Source: an uncultured Hyphomonas sp.
GTDB lineage: Bacteria; Pseudomonadota; Alphaproteobacteria; Caulobacterales; Hyphomonadaceae
NCBI GenBank assembly: GCA_964643565.1
Contig: CAZXTI010000001.1
Location: 1 to 38,924 of the forward strand
Direction of reading: 5' to 3'
DNA length: 38,924 nucleotides
Position 1 is the first letter of the stretch, and each line of letters begins with the position of its first letter. Positions 26,049 through 36,151 of the stretch are shown in pieces. The notes beneath the pieces were generated by a model that did no database searches, was not told where the DNA came from, and was given only the letters and a program-made list of their open reading frames with translations. The position numbers and the translations under genes are program-made.

Positions 26049-26256
26049 GATCTGTGTCCTTTTTCATGATTGCAGATAAGGTAAATATCTGATGGGCGGG
26101 TTTTAAGGTGCTAATCCTTGCTAAATTCTTGACCAAATTGGCCGAGAATAAGACGAAGAATGAAGATAGAATTTTGTGTCCCAGGGGGCACAGTTTCTGT
26201 CACTTTGGTAATATGGACACATTGACAATTTAGCCCGTCTCCCGCACCTGCCCTGC

Positions 26257-27603
26257 ATGAGCTTATCATCCACCAGGACAACGATTTGCGCCCTCGCCTC
26301 GGGCGCACCGCCAGCAGGTATTGCAGTTATTCGCATTTCTGGCCCCCAGGTAAAAGCTTTTTCAGCCGCGCACTTAAAAGGCGGATTACCCCGACCGCAC
26401 ATGGCCCGGTTGCGAAAATTGATCGATCGCTCTGGGGAATTAGTTGATGAAGCGTTAACCTTGTTCATGCCTGCTGGTGCTAGCTATACGAATGAGGATG
26501 TTCTGGAGCTGCATCTGCATGGCGGCCTGGCAATTGTTGATCATGCGCTCGAAACGCTGCTCGCTTTTCCGGGCATCGGTTTGGCCGAACCCGGCGAATT
26601 TACACGCCGAGCATTTGAAGCTGGCCGCCTTGATCTGACCCAAGCAGAAGGCATCGCTGACCTGATTGAAGCGGAAACGCGCGCGCAAAAAGCCCAAGCC
26701 CTTGCCCAAACAGATGGTGCGCTGAGCCAAATATATTCCGCATGGCGAGCGAGCCTTCTAAAAGCAATGTCACTATTGGAAGTGTCTGTTGATTTTCCAG
26801 ATGAGTCTGAAGCTCCTGAAACCGTGCAAAAACCTGTTATGGAAATTCTCTTAAGTCTGGAATCAGAACTTAAAAACGCCCTGCGCGATGGCAAACTTCA
26901 TCAGAGCGTGAGAGACGGGTTTAAGGTTGCGATCATCGGTGCGCCGAATGCTGGCAAGTCGACCCTGCTAAATCGCCTCGCCGGACGCGACGCTGCTATT
27001 GTTACAAACGTGCCGGGAACGACGCGAGATATTATCGAAGTGCGCACCCGGCTGGCTGGCCAGATCATTTGGTTTCAAGATACAGCAGGTTTGCGCCAGA
27101 CCGATGATCCGGTTGAAATGGAGGGCGTAACACGTGCAAAGGCGGCGGGCGAAAAAGCCGACCTTCGCATTTTTCTTTCCGCAGATGATGCCCCCCTCTC
27201 CCCCACCTTGGAAGGTTTTCCGGGTCGGCAAAGCCAAGATCTCCTCGTCCGAAATAAGGCTGATTTGAAGGTTAATGAAAGGTTAAAGCCAGATCAGCTC
27301 GAAATTTCGGCTGAAACTGGCATAGGTATGGACAGTTTGATCGCGGCTTTGGAGACATGGCTCAGCGTAATAATTGGTGACATATCTGCCCCCATTATCA
27401 CGCGCATGCGCCACCGCATCGGTATCGAAAAAGCACTTGCCTCGACGCGTGCGGCGATCAGGTTAGTCAAATCAAATGTGGGCGCAGAGCTTGCAAGCGA
27501 AGATGTGCGCCTTGCCGCGCGGGCCCTTGCGGCCCTCGTCGGAGAGATCGGCGTAGAGGAAATTTTAGGCGCCGTCTTCTCAGAATTTTGCATTGGGAAG
27601 TAA
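26257..27603 (+). CDS. mnmE: tRNA modification GTPase MnmE
   Basis: 448-aa ORF with TICALASG...GIAVIRISG, G1 GAPNAGKST, G3 DTAG, G4 NKAD and C-terminal FCIGK. Confidence 0.95.
   Translation: MSLSSTRTTICALASGAPPAGIAVIRISGPQVKAFSAAHLKGGLPRPHMARLRKLIDRSGELVDEALTLFMPAGASYTNEDVLELHLHGGLAIVDHALETLLAFPGIGLAEPGEFTRRAFEAGRLDLTQAEGIADLIEAETRAQKAQALAQTDGALSQIYSAWRASLLKAMSLLEVSVDFPDESEAPETVQKPVMEILLSLESELKNALRDGKLHQSVRDGFKVAIIGAPNAGKSTLLNRLAGRDAAIVTNVPGTTRDIIEVRTRLAGQIIWFQDTAGLRQTDDPVEMEGVTRAKAAGEKADLRIFLSADDAPLSPTLEGFPGRQSQDLLVRNKADLKVNERLKPDQLEISAETGIGMDSLIAALETWLSVIIGDISAPIITRMRHRIGIEKALASTRAAIRLVKSNVGAELASEDVRLAARALAALVGEIGVEEILGAVFSEFCIGK
27268..27286. repeat. 19-nt element AAGGTTAATGAAAGGTTAA, copy 2 (inside mnmE)
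   Basis: Exact same-orientation copy of 22374-22392. It encodes K-V-N-E-R-L-K in the variable stretch between the G4 (NKAD) and G5 (ISAETG) motifs. Confidence 0.8.
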
Positions 27604-27615
27604 ACACGTGAAACA
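27600..27615. promoter_or_regulatory. Degenerate parS-like site (perfect right arm only)
   Basis: gtaaaCACGTGAAACA matches TGTTTCACGTGAAACA at 11/16. It overlaps the mnmE stop codon. Confidence 0.3.
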
Positions 27616-27674
27616 TGGGATGATGCTTTAGAAAAGCCTACGCAAGCGCGCGTTTTTAAGCTAAAGCCTGTCCC

Positions 27675-29537
27675 ATGAATAAGCGAACTTCCTTTGACGT
27701 GATTATTATTGGTGGCGGCCATGCCGGGTGCGAAGCGGCGGCCACGGCTGCGCGCTTTGGGGCGAACACGGCGCTCGTCACACACAAGCTTTCAACCATC
27801 GGTGAGATGTCTTGCAACCCGGCGATTGGCGGTCTCGGCAAGGGACATCTCGTGCGGGAAATTGATGCGCTGGACGGGATCATGGCGCGTATGGCTGATA
27901 AGTCTGGCATTCAATTTCGTATGCTCAATCGCTCCAAAGGTCCGGCTGTGCGTGGCCCGCGCGCGCAGATCGACCGCGCGCTATATCGCAAAGCCATGCA
28001 GGCAGAACTTCGCGCTACGCCAAATCTCACACTGATCGAGGGCGGCGTCGAAGACCTCATCATCGCGGACGATAAATTGACCGGCGTTGTGCTCGGTGAT
28101 GGGACAGAGGTTTTGAGTGACCGCGTGGTGATCACAACTGGCACGTTCCTAAAAGGCACGATCCATATTGGGGACAAACGTATTGCTGCTGGCCGCGTCG
28201 GCGAAGCGCCAGCGATTGGCTTATCTGATACACTCTATGGCCTTGGTCTTCCAATGGGACGCCTGAAGACAGGCACACCGGCGCGCCTCGATGGGCGTAC
28301 GATAGATTGGGACAGTTTGGAACAGCAGGATGCTGACGCTGTGCCAATTCCATTCTCTTTTTCAAATCGGGAAATCAATGTGCCACAAGTCGCGTGCGGT
28401 GTGACATGGACAACGGCTGAGACCCATAAAATCATCGCAGACAATATTGACCAGTCCGCCGTTTACTCAGGCGCGATCGCTGGCAAGGGTCCGCGCTATT
28501 GTCCCTCTATCGAAGACAAGATCCACCGCTTTCCAGACCGTGACCGCCATCAAATATTTCTCGAACCTGAAGGCCTAGATGATCACACGGTCTATCCAAA
28601 TGGTATCTCGACCTCACTGCCAGAAGATGTGCAGGCGGCCTTTATCAAAACAATTCCAGGTCTGGGAACGGCTGAGATACTTCAACCAGGTTACGCGATC
28701 GAATATGACTATGTCGATCCGCGCGCGCTTTATCCATCATTGGAAGTGAAAGCCTTGGCGGGTCTTTATCTTGCCGGGCAGATCAATGGAACGACAGGAT
28801 ATGAAGAAGCGGCGGCCCAAGGTCTTGTCGCCGGGCTGAATGCGGCGCGCGCTGCAAGGGGATTAGAACCAGCCGCGTTTGACCGGGCCGAAGCTTATAT
28901 TGGTGTTCTGATCGATGACCTTGTGACCCGCGGCGTGACCGAGCCCTATCGCATGTTCACCTCGCGCGCGGAGTATCGTTTGATCTTGCGCGCCGACAAT
29001 GCAGATCAGAGACTGACGGGAAAAGGGGTAGACCTCGGCATTGTGAGTGAGCCACGCGCCCAAATGTTTCACGTGAAACATCTGACGTTAACGAAGACAC
29101 GAAAAATGCTCGAATCCCTCTCCATGTCTCCAAATAAAGCGGTGAATTTTGGGTGGAACATAAATCAGGACGGCAAAGTCCGTACAGCGATGGATTATCT
29201 GGCCTACAACGATATTGGCTTTGATGATCTGATAAAAGTTTGGCCAGAGCTTGAAGGCACACCTGATGATATTCAAGAACAGATGGCCATCGATGCGCAA
29301 TATGCTGGATACTTAGAGCGGCAGGCGGCCGACATTGCGGCGCTCAGAAAAGATGAAGCGCTGCGTCTGCCAGCCGACATTGATTATGCGGCAATCGGCG
29401 GACTATCAAATGAAGTGCGCGCCCGGTTGGAAGCGGTTCGCCCGACAACGCTTGGCCAGGCCGGACGGATAGAAGGCGTCACGCCGTCCGCGTTGACCGC
29501 TTTGCTTGCGCATGTTCGCCGCAAACGTTCCGCATAG
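27675..29537 (+). CDS. mnmG: tRNA uridine 5-carboxymethylaminomethyl modification enzyme MnmG (GidA)
   Basis: 620-aa ORF with FAD motif [22 protein letters not shown] and [11 protein letters not shown]. Confidence 0.97.
   Translation: MNKRTSFDVIIIGGGHAGCEAAATAARFGANTALVTHKLSTIGEMSCNPAIGGLGKGHLVREIDALDGIMARMADKSGIQFRMLNRSKGPAVRGPRAQIDRALYRKAMQAELRATPNLTLIEGGVEDLIIADDKLTGVVLGDGTEVLSDRVVITTGTFLKGTIHIGDKRIAAGRVGEAPAIGLSDTLYGLGLPMGRLKTGTPARLDGRTIDWDSLEQQDADAVPIPFSFSNREINVPQVACGVTWTTAETHKIIADNIDQSAVYSGAIAGKGPRYCPSIEDKIHRFPDRDRHQIFLEPEGLDDHTVYPNGISTSLPEDVQAAFIKTIPGLGTAEILQPGYAIEYDYVDPRALYPSLEVKALAGLYLAGQINGTTGYEEAAAQGLVAGLNAARAARGLEPAAFDRAEAYIGVLIDDLVTRGVTEPYRMFTSRAEYRLILRADNADQRLTGKGVDLGIVSEPRAQMFHVKHLTLTKTRKMLESLSMSPNKAVNFGWNINQDGKVRTAMDYLAYNDIGFDDLIKVWPELEGTPDDIQEQMAIDAQYAGYLERQAADIAALRKDEALRLPADIDYAAIGGLSNEVRARLEAVRPTTLGQAGRIEGVTPSALTALLAHVRRKRSA
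29065..29080. promoter_or_regulatory. parS: parS centromere site (perfect TGTTTCACGTGAAACA) inside mnmG
   Basis: 16/16 match to the canonical parS palindrome. It encodes M-F-H-V-K-H in the mnmG frame. Confidence 0.85.
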
Positions 29538-29551
29538 AAAGGCACATAAAT

Positions 29552-30193
29552 ATGCATCTCGATCAGGATGGCTTCGGACCAGACGCCATTGGTAAACAGA
29601 TCAGTGTTTCACGTGAAACATTTGAGCGGCTTGAAACAGTGATTGCGTGCCTCGACACATATCGCCAACGCATGAACCTCATCGGCCCATCTGAGTGGCC
29701 ACATATTTGGCGCCGGCATGTCGCCGATAGCTTAAGCCTTCTTGCGCACATTTCTCCAGATTCGCGAATCGTTGACCTCGGTTCTGGCGGCGGATTCCCG
29801 GCTCTGCCGCTGGCATGCTATCTGACGAGCGAAGGCACGGGCCATGTCCACATGGTTGAAACCGTCGGCAAGAAGGCAGCGTTTCTGCGCGAGGCTGTCA
29901 GCGCAGCCAAACTAAATGCCACCGTCTGGCAAAAGCGTGTTGAGAATATGGACCCGATTGGGGTTGACTATGTGACCGCGCGCGCGTTTGCGCCCCTGCC
30001 AAAGCTCCTAGATTATGCAGAGCCTTGGCTGAGAAATTCAGCTATTGGGCTTTTCCATAAGGGCGAACACTGGAAAGAAGAATTGACGGATGCTACTAAA
30101 GCGTGGACATTCGCCCATGAGGCGATTCCCAAACGTGATGGTGGGGCAGGCATAATATTAAAAGTCTCGGAGGTTTCACGTGGGAAATCATAA
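29552..30193 (+). CDS. rsmG: 16S rRNA (guanine527-N7)-methyltransferase RsmG (GidB)
   Basis: 213-aa ORF with VSRETFERL, SAM motif VDLGSGGGFPALPLA and TARAFAPL. Confidence 0.93.
   Translation: MHLDQDGFGPDAIGKQISVSRETFERLETVIACLDTYRQRMNLIGPSEWPHIWRRHVADSLSLLAHISPDSRIVDLGSGGGFPALPLACYLTSEGTGHVHMVETVGKKAAFLREAVSAAKLNATVWQKRVENMDPIGVDYVTARAFAPLPKLLDYAEPWLRNSAIGLFHKGEHWKEELTDATKAWTFAHEAIPKRDGGAGIILKVSEVSRGKS
29605..29620. promoter_or_regulatory. parS: parS centromere site (perfect TGTTTCACGTGAAACA) inside rsmG
   Basis: 16/16 match. It encodes the conserved V-S-R-E-T of RsmG. Confidence 0.85.
30172..30187. promoter_or_regulatory. Degenerate parS-like site spanning the parA start codon
   Basis: gGTTTCACGTGggAaA matches at 12/16. 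It lies between the parA SD (GGAGG 30169-30173) and the codons after GTG 30180. Confidence 0.3.
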
Positions 30194-30986
30194 GACAAGG
30201 ATTCTGGCGATCGCTAATCAAAAGGGCGGGGTTGGAAAAACGACAACATCTATCAATCTGGCGACCGCCTTGGCGGCCGTTGGGCGCAAAGTTCTGGTCA
30301 TCGACTTCGATGCGCAGGGTAATGCCTCCACAGGCTTGGGTATTACCCGGCCAGAACGCAAGCTTACCAGCTATGATATTGTGGTCGATGGCGTGCACCC
30401 TGAAGATGCTGTAATCGCAACAATGGTCCCACGTTTGGACATCATACCGGGGGATGAAAACCTCTCCGGTGTCGAGATCGAATTGGCCGCAGATACGCAC
30501 CGCTCCTACCGGTTGCGTAATGCCTTGAATGGCTTCCTGGAACGCGCCGGTCCGACCGGGTATGACTACATTCTCATCGACTGTCCGCCCTCATTATCGG
30601 CGTTGACGCTGAATGCGATGACGGCTGCTGACGCGCTTCTTGTGCCGCTGCAATGTGAGTTCCTTGCCTTGGAGGGCTTGAGCCAATTATTGCGCACGGT
30701 GGAAGTTGTACGCAGTGGCTTGAACCCGTCGCTGGAAATACAGGGCGTTGTGCTGACTATGTATGACAGCCGCAACAATCTTTCAGATCAGGTTGCCGAT
30801 GAAGTACGCAGTTTCTTTGGCAACAAGGTTTACACCACCGTGATCCCGCGAAATGTGCGACTGTCTGAGGCACCGAGCTTCGGTAAGCCGGCTCTGCTTT
30901 ATGACTATAGATGCCCCGGCAGCGAAGCTTATATTCGGCTGGCGTCTGAGGTCTTGCAACGCGAACGAAATATACAGGCGGCTTAA
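30180..30986 (+). CDS. parA: Chromosome partitioning ATPase ParA
   Basis: 268-aa ORF with a GTG start and GGAGG 6 nt upstream. Deviant Walker A KGGVGKTTT. It overlaps rsmG by 14 nt. Confidence 0.95.
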   Translation: MGNHKTRILAIANQKGGVGKTTTSINLATALAAVGRKVLVIDFDAQGNASTGLGITRPERKLTSYDIVVDGVHPEDAVIATMVPRLDIIPGDENLSGVEIELAADTHRSYRLRNALNGFLERAGPTGYDYILIDCPPSLSALTLNAMTAADALLVPLQCEFLALEGLSQLLRTVEVVRSGLNPSLEIQGVVLTMYDSRNNLSDQVADEVRSFFGNKVYTTVIPRNVRLSEAPSFGKPALLYDYRCPGSEAYIRLASEVLQRERNIQAA

Positions 30987-31919
30987 ATGTCAGAAGAAGC
31001 AAAAGCAAAACCAAGCCGTCTTGGTAAAGGCCTATCGGCGCTCCTTGGCGAGGTTGAGGCGGTCAGCGTTCCAGCCAGAGCAGAACCGCAAACAGCTGGT
31101 CCTGAGCAAGCGCTGCGCCCCGGTGTTGCGGAGATGCCGATCGATAAAATCTTCCCCAACCCGTCACAGCCACGCCGACATTTCGATCAAGAGAAATTGC
31201 AAGAACTGGCCGCGTCTCTCAAAGCCAAAGGTGTCTTGCAAGCAATCCTTGTGCGCCCCGATCCGAAGGGCAGCCCAAGCTTCCAGATCATCGCTGGTGA
31301 GCGTCGCTATCGCGCGGCGAAACTTGCGGGCCTAAAAACCATCCCCGCCGTCGTTCGTGAAGTCGACGAATTGGAGTTGCTGGAAGTCGGTATCATCGAG
31401 AACGTACAGCGCTCTGATCTCAACCCGGTTGAGGAAGCAGAAGCCTATGGCGCGCTGATGAAACGCTTCGGACGTACCCAGGAAAGTCTTGCGACGAGTG
31501 TTGGAAAATCCCGCGCTCACATTGCCAACACGCTGCGCCTTCTTAACCTTTCAGAAAGGTCTCGTAAACATCTGCGCGAGGGCTTAATTTCGGCCGGTCA
31601 TGCGCGTGCGGCACTCGGCGGGGAAGACCCTGATCTACTCGTTGAGCAAGCCGTTGCGAAACGTTTGAGCGTACGCGATGTTGAAGCTTTGGCACGTCTT
31701 TCAAAGGGCGCGATTCCGCCGCTCCCAAAGTCGGCGACAGCCTCCGCACTGAATGAAAAAGATGTTGATACTGAAGCGCTAGAAGCCGACCTGACACGCA
31801 CGCTTGGACTTGTTGTTGATATTCGTAACAAGAACGGCGCTGGTGAGCTTCGCATCAAATATGCCAGCCTCGAGCAACTTGATGATGTTTGTCGGCGGCT
31901 AACCGCGAAACGCCACTAG
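30987..31919 (+). CDS. parB: Chromosome partitioning protein ParB
   Basis: 310-aa ORF with PNPSQPRRHFD, IIAGERRYRAAKLAGL and the HTH region. The ATG directly follows the parA TAA. Confidence 0.95.
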   Translation: MSEEAKAKPSRLGKGLSALLGEVEAVSVPARAEPQTAGPEQALRPGVAEMPIDKIFPNPSQPRRHFDQEKLQELAASLKAKGVLQAILVRPDPKGSPSFQIIAGERRYRAAKLAGLKTIPAVVREVDELELLEVGIIENVQRSDLNPVEEAEAYGALMKRFGRTQESLATSVGKSRAHIANTLRLLNLSERSRKHLREGLISAGHARAALGGEDPDLLVEQAVAKRLSVRDVEALARLSKGAIPPLPKSATASALNEKDVDTEALEADLTRTLGLVVDIRNKNGAGELRIKYASLEQLDDVCRRLTAKRH

Positions 31920-32947
31920 GCCGATTGCGCGGCCACCCGAACAAGGTCTGTCAGCAGCTTGCGCACGAGGGCATTGCCTGTCGGCCCGGCGGACTTAACG
32001 CGCTGTTCGGCATCATGGATACGCTCTAAAATACGGGTCAGTTTTTTGGGCGACCATATTCCCATGAGCGCACGAAATTGCGGCCAGGCATTTCGGAAAA
32101 CGGGGGGGCGCAATTTCATACCAACATCACCGCCCGTGCTCGATAGGCTGTGTGCCTGGATCAAGCGAAGCGTCTCTCTTTGCAGCGCGCGTAATATGGA
32201 AATTGGCGATGTGCCGGCGATTGTCAGGCGGTCCAGACTGTCATAGGTCGCCTTCGTCTTTCCTGACAAAACCGACCCGACCAAATCATGCAAAGCCTGC
32301 TCTGCATCAATCGTACTCAGCGCACGGATATCATCTGTGCTTAAGGGGCGCCCAAGCCCGATGCCATAAAGCGCCAGTTTCTCAATTTCCTGATTTGCCA
32401 GCCCGCGATGCCCCGGCAAATCTTGGATAAAGAGTTGCAGCGCCTCATCTTCTATGTCGACCTTCTGGGCTTTCAAGGCCGCGCGGGTCAACTTCGACAC
32501 ATCTCCAATTTCGTCGGCGAATAATTGCAGCGCAACGGCGTGTTTTGCGCCCTCAATTGCCGTGCGCAGTTTTGAACGTTTTTGCAGACCGCCAGCGGTG
32601 ATAATGAGCCGGGCTTCAAACCGCTGTGTATTCTCCTCGCCAAGGGCAATTGCTTCAAGGAGGAGTTTTGCGATTTTGTCGCCATTTGTATGTATACGGA
32701 TAATGCGCAAGTTTCCGAGAAGTGAGCGCGCTTCAAGTGCGTCGAACAGGGTCGCAGGTTCGCGCTTTATCTGATCCTGATCGAGCGTGATAAGCTCAAT
32801 ATCTTCCCGATCGCCAGAAATCGTTCTTTGTAGCGTGCGCGCAGCATCGCTTACAACCCCTTCATCATCGCCGAAAATTAAGAAAGCCCAACGCTTCGGG
32901 TCTTGCGATTTACAGTACGCTTCAGCCTTTGCGCCGACATACTTCAA
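31916..32947 (-). CDS. holA: DNA polymerase III delta subunit
   Basis: 343-aa ORF in the canonical leuS-lptE-holA arrangement, with N-terminal FLIFGDDEG. The assignment rests partly on context. Confidence 0.8.
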   Translation of the reverse strand: MKYVGAKAEAYCKSQDPKRWAFLIFGDDEGVVSDAARTLQRTISGDREDIELITLDQDQIKREPATLFDALEARSLLGNLRIIRIHTNGDKIAKLLLEAIALGEENTQRFEARLIITAGGLQKRSKLRTAIEGAKHAVALQLFADEIGDVSKLTRAALKAQKVDIEDEALQLFIQDLPGHRGLANQEIEKLALYGIGLGRPLSTDDIRALSTIDAEQALHDLVGSVLSGKTKATYDSLDRLTIAGTSPISILRALQRETLRLIQAHSLSSTGGDVGMKLRPPVFRNAWPQFRALMGIWSPKKLTRILERIHDAEQRVKSAGPTGNALVRKLLTDLVRVAAQSA

Positions 32948-33429
32948 GGCGCACGGTCTTTGAGTTGTAGTTTGAGATCGTCAACAATGCGCTGCGCGAG
33001 CACATTCATGATTCTGTCTGTCGCGGCTTGCTGCGCGGTAATATCGCCGAACACAGAGATAGGCACATTGAAACTACTTTGCGCGGTTTGCGTTCCGGTA
33101 AGCGCATCGTCGCCAATATCAAGGACGAACCGTCCGGTCACATTAATATCTGTCCGCGCGGCCGTTGCATCAACGCGGATAGGTATCCGGTTTAGTCTTT
33201 CCCGAAGCGTGACCCGTAATGTCGCTGTTTCAACGCCTGGAAGCCCGGCGCCCAATTCTTCCACAATCGCTTTGCGCAGCTCGTGACCGGCGCGTCCGGG
33301 TATTTCAGACACGCTAATATTTGAGCTATTGGAGAATGAAGGTGACCCGGCATGGACCGGCGTAAACCCGCATCCGGCGGTAGCCAGGATCGCTATAGCA
33401 GCGGCGAAAGATAAAAATATATGTCTCAT
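32944..33429 (-). CDS. lptE: LPS-assembly lipoprotein LptE
   Basis: 161-aa ORF with lipobox TAGC followed by GFTPVH, typical of LptE/RlpB. It has 4-nt overlaps with leuS and holA. Confidence 0.75.
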   Translation of the reverse strand: MRHIFLSFAAAIAILATAGCGFTPVHAGSPSFSNSSNISVSEIPGRAGHELRKAIVEELGAGLPGVETATLRVTLRERLNRIPIRVDATAARTDINVTGRFVLDIGDDALTGTQTAQSSFNVPISVFGDITAQQAATDRIMNVLAQRIVDDLKLQLKDRAP

Positions 33430-36038
33430 GCCACTACGATATTCACGATCCTGCCGGGAACGACAATGATTTTTTTCACTGACTTGCCCTCCATCTGCGC
33501 TTTGACGGCGTCTTCAGCGAGCGCCAGCGCCTCGATTTGATCCTTGGGTGTGTCCGGTGCGATGCGAAGTTCTGCACGTTTCTTACCGTTGACCTGAACA
33601 GGCATGACGATCTCATTTTCTTTTAAGAGATCAGCTTCGACCTCTGGCCATTTCGCAACCGAAACAAGCCCCGGCCCGTCAATGGCCTGCCAGCAGCTTT
33701 CCGCCAGATGCGGCATGAACGGGGTCAGACAGCGGGCCAGCATGAACGCGCCTTCAAAACGCGCATAGAGCATCTCTTCGTCGCCGTTTTCAGCCTTTTT
33801 CAATGCGCCAACCCATTCATGGATCGTTGCCACGGCGGAGTTAAACCGGAACTCTTCAATCGCCTTATCAATCGCAGCCGTCGCCTTGTGCGAGACACGG
33901 CGAAGGGCCATGGCCGCTTTGTCTTCGGATGGTTTGCCGTCACGCGGCGCTTTGCTCAAATTATTGAAAACTGCCCAGACGCGCTGAACGAAACGGCCCG
34001 CGCCTTCCGCGCCAGCTTGCGTCCATTCGACATCGCGTTCCGGCGGGCTGTCCGAGAGTACAAACCAGCGCGCCACATCTGCGCCGAACGTCTCGATGAT
34101 CGCGGTTGGGTCGACCGTGTTTTTCTTCGACTTCGACATTTTCTCGATCGGGCCGCGCGTCACAGGCTTGCCCGTTTCGATATGGAAAAGGCCGCCGTCT
34201 TTCGCCTCAACCTCGTCAGGGGAGAGCCATTTATCCGCGTCTGATTTATAAGTCTCGTGCGTAATCATGCCTTGGGTGAAAAGGCCCGCAAACGGTTCAC
34301 CGCTCGGCAGGTCGAGTATGCCAGCATCCCGCATCGCGCGTGAGAAAAAGCGCGCATAAAGCAGGTGCAGGATCGCATGTTCAACCCCGCCGACATATTG
34401 ATCGACCGGCATCCAATATGCAGCCTCTTCGGGATCATTGTTCACGCCAGCGGCAAAGCGGGCATAATACCATGAGCTGTCCACGAACGTGTCGAGCGTA
34501 TCGGTTTCGCGTTCCGCATCGCCGCCGCATTTGGGGCATTTCACATGTTTCCATGTCGGGTGGCGATCGAGCGGATTGCCAGGCACATCAAAGCTGACAT
34601 CTTCTGGCAGGACGACCGGCAGATCAGCTTCTGGCACTGGAACCATGTCGCAAGTCGGGCATTTGATAATCGGGATCGGGCAACCCCAATAGCGCTGGCG
34701 AGAGACGCCCCAGTCGCGCAGGCGATAATTCACCGTACCCTGACCAAGTCCCATCTCTTCGATCTTGGCAATCGCCGCGCGGATACCGTCCTCTTTGCCG
34801 AGGCCATCAAGGAAGCCAGAATTAAACAGAGCGCCTTCGCCCGTATAGGCCGTGTTCTCGACATTATAAGTGCCCGCGTCTTCGCCCTCCGGCAAAACAA
34901 CGGGTGTGACATCGAGGCCGTACTTGCACGCAAAATCAATATCGCGCTGGTCATGCGCTGGGCAGCCAAAAATCGCGCCCGTGCCATAGCCCATCAGCAC
35001 GAAGTTCGCGATCCATACCGGCAGGGTCTTGCCGTCCTCGAAAGGGTGGGCGACGCGAAGGCCGGTATCAAAGCCGAGCTTGTCAGCCTTTTCGATGGCT
35101 TCCTCGCTCGTGCCAATCTTGGCGCATGTTGCGCGGAAGGCTTCAAGCTCGCTATTCGCGGCGGCCATTTCGATTGTCAGCGGATGATCCGGCGACAGCG
35201 CAATAAAGCTCGCGCCATAAAGCGTATCGGGGCGCGTCGTGAAAATCTCTATTCCATCGGCATGCGAAGAAGGCGCGTTGCCTGCAAACTCAAACCGCAT
35301 CTGCAAGCCTTCAGAGCGGCCAATCCAGTTGGCCTGCATGGTGCGGACCTTTTCCGGCCAGCGTTCAAGCGTCGCCAGATCTTCCAGCAAGCTGTCAGCA
35401 TAATCAGTGATCTTGAAGAACCATTGCGTCAGCTCTTTTTGCACAACATCCGCGCCTGAGCGCCAGCCCTTGCCGTCGATGACCTGCTCATTGGCGAGCA
35501 CAGTCATATCGACCGGATCCCAGTTCACCTTGGCCGATTTGCGCGTGACCATGCCTTTTTCAAGGAATTTCAAAAATGCCGCCTGTTGCAGCCCGTAATA
35601 GTCCGGATCACAGGTCGCAAATTCGCGGCTCCAATCGAGCGACAGGCCGAGCTGTTTAAGCTGGCCGCGCATATGGTCGATATTGGCATAGGTCCATTTG
35701 CCGGGATGCGTGCCGCGCTCCATGGCGGCGTTTTCCGCTGGCATGCCGAACGCGTCCCAACCCATCGGGTGCAGCACATTATAGCCCTTGGCCCGCTTAT
35801 GCCGCGCCACCACATCGCCCATCGCATAATTGCGCACATGCCCCATATGCGCTTTGCCGGAGGGATAAGGGAACATTTCAAGGATATAGGCCTTGGGCGC
35901 ATCGCCCGCTTCGGACGGCGGCAGAGCGCGGAAAATGTCTTCTGTTTCCCATTTCGCTCGCCACTTGGGTTCAGCGGTTTGCGGGTCATATCTATCAGTC
36001 ACAGGCAGGGCCTTTATACATTCGGTAAATTTACCCAT
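33426..36038 (-). CDS. leuS: Leucine--tRNA ligase
   Basis: 870-aa ORF with HMGH (the class I HIGH motif), KMSKS and the CP1 editing domain. Confidence 0.97.
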   Translation of the reverse strand: MGKFTECIKALPVTDRYDPQTAEPKWRAKWETEDIFRALPPSEAGDAPKAYILEMFPYPSGKAHMGHVRNYAMGDVVARHKRAKGYNVLHPMGWDAFGMPAENAAMERGTHPGKWTYANIDHMRGQLKQLGLSLDWSREFATCDPDYYGLQQAAFLKFLEKGMVTRKSAKVNWDPVDMTVLANEQVIDGKGWRSGADVVQKELTQWFFKITDYADSLLEDLATLERWPEKVRTMQANWIGRSEGLQMRFEFAGNAPSSHADGIEIFTTRPDTLYGASFIALSPDHPLTIEMAAANSELEAFRATCAKIGTSEEAIEKADKLGFDTGLRVAHPFEDGKTLPVWIANFVLMGYGTGAIFGCPAHDQRDIDFACKYGLDVTPVVLPEGEDAGTYNVENTAYTGEGALFNSGFLDGLGKEDGIRAAIAKIEEMGLGQGTVNYRLRDWGVSRQRYWGCPIPIIKCPTCDMVPVPEADLPVVLPEDVSFDVPGNPLDRHPTWKHVKCPKCGGDAERETDTLDTFVDSSWYYARFAAGVNNDPEEAAYWMPVDQYVGGVEHAILHLLYARFFSRAMRDAGILDLPSGEPFAGLFTQGMITHETYKSDADKWLSPDEVEAKDGGLFHIETGKPVTRGPIEKMSKSKKNTVDPTAIIETFGADVARWFVLSDSPPERDVEWTQAGAEGAGRFVQRVWAVFNNLSKAPRDGKPSEDKAAMALRRVSHKATAAIDKAIEEFRFNSAVATIHEWVGALKKAENGDEEMLYARFEGAFMLARCLTPFMPHLAESCWQAIDGPGLVSVAKWPEVEADLLKENEIVMPVQVNGKKRAELRIAPDTPKDQIEALALAEDAVKAQMEGKSVKKIIVVPGRIVNIVVA

Positions 36039-36151
36039 TCGCTATGCCGCAAAGCGGGCTTATCGTCTAGGCGAGGCCATCGTCGTTTTATGAATTGATG
36101 AAGTTCGCCAATCATGTATTGCTGTTATTCGATAACCTTAAGGGAAGAGCT

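Noticed and set aside
26175-26192. Hairpin TGTGTCCC-ag-GGGGCACA in the OMP/mnmE divergent intergenic region, considered as a terminator or sRNA.
   Set aside because: No gene ends upstream of it on either strand, the loop is very small, and the T run is poor. It could be a leader structure, but I cannot support any call.
31916-31919. Convergent parB and holA share the palindrome CTAG for both stop codons (4-nt overlap).
   Set aside because: It is real but trivial. It has no regulatory implication I can support, and no terminator hairpin is visible between the genes.
34545-35459. 304-aa ORF on the plus strand opposite leuS. Similar long antisense ORFs occur at 3345-3950, 4829-5335, 1360-1815, 21101-21580, 27294-27785 and 36792-37193.
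   Set aside because: Each lies fully inside a confidently identified gene on the other strand. Their translations are Arg/Ala/low-complexity rich with no recognisable motifs. They are the usual shadow ORFs of GC-rich coding DNA.
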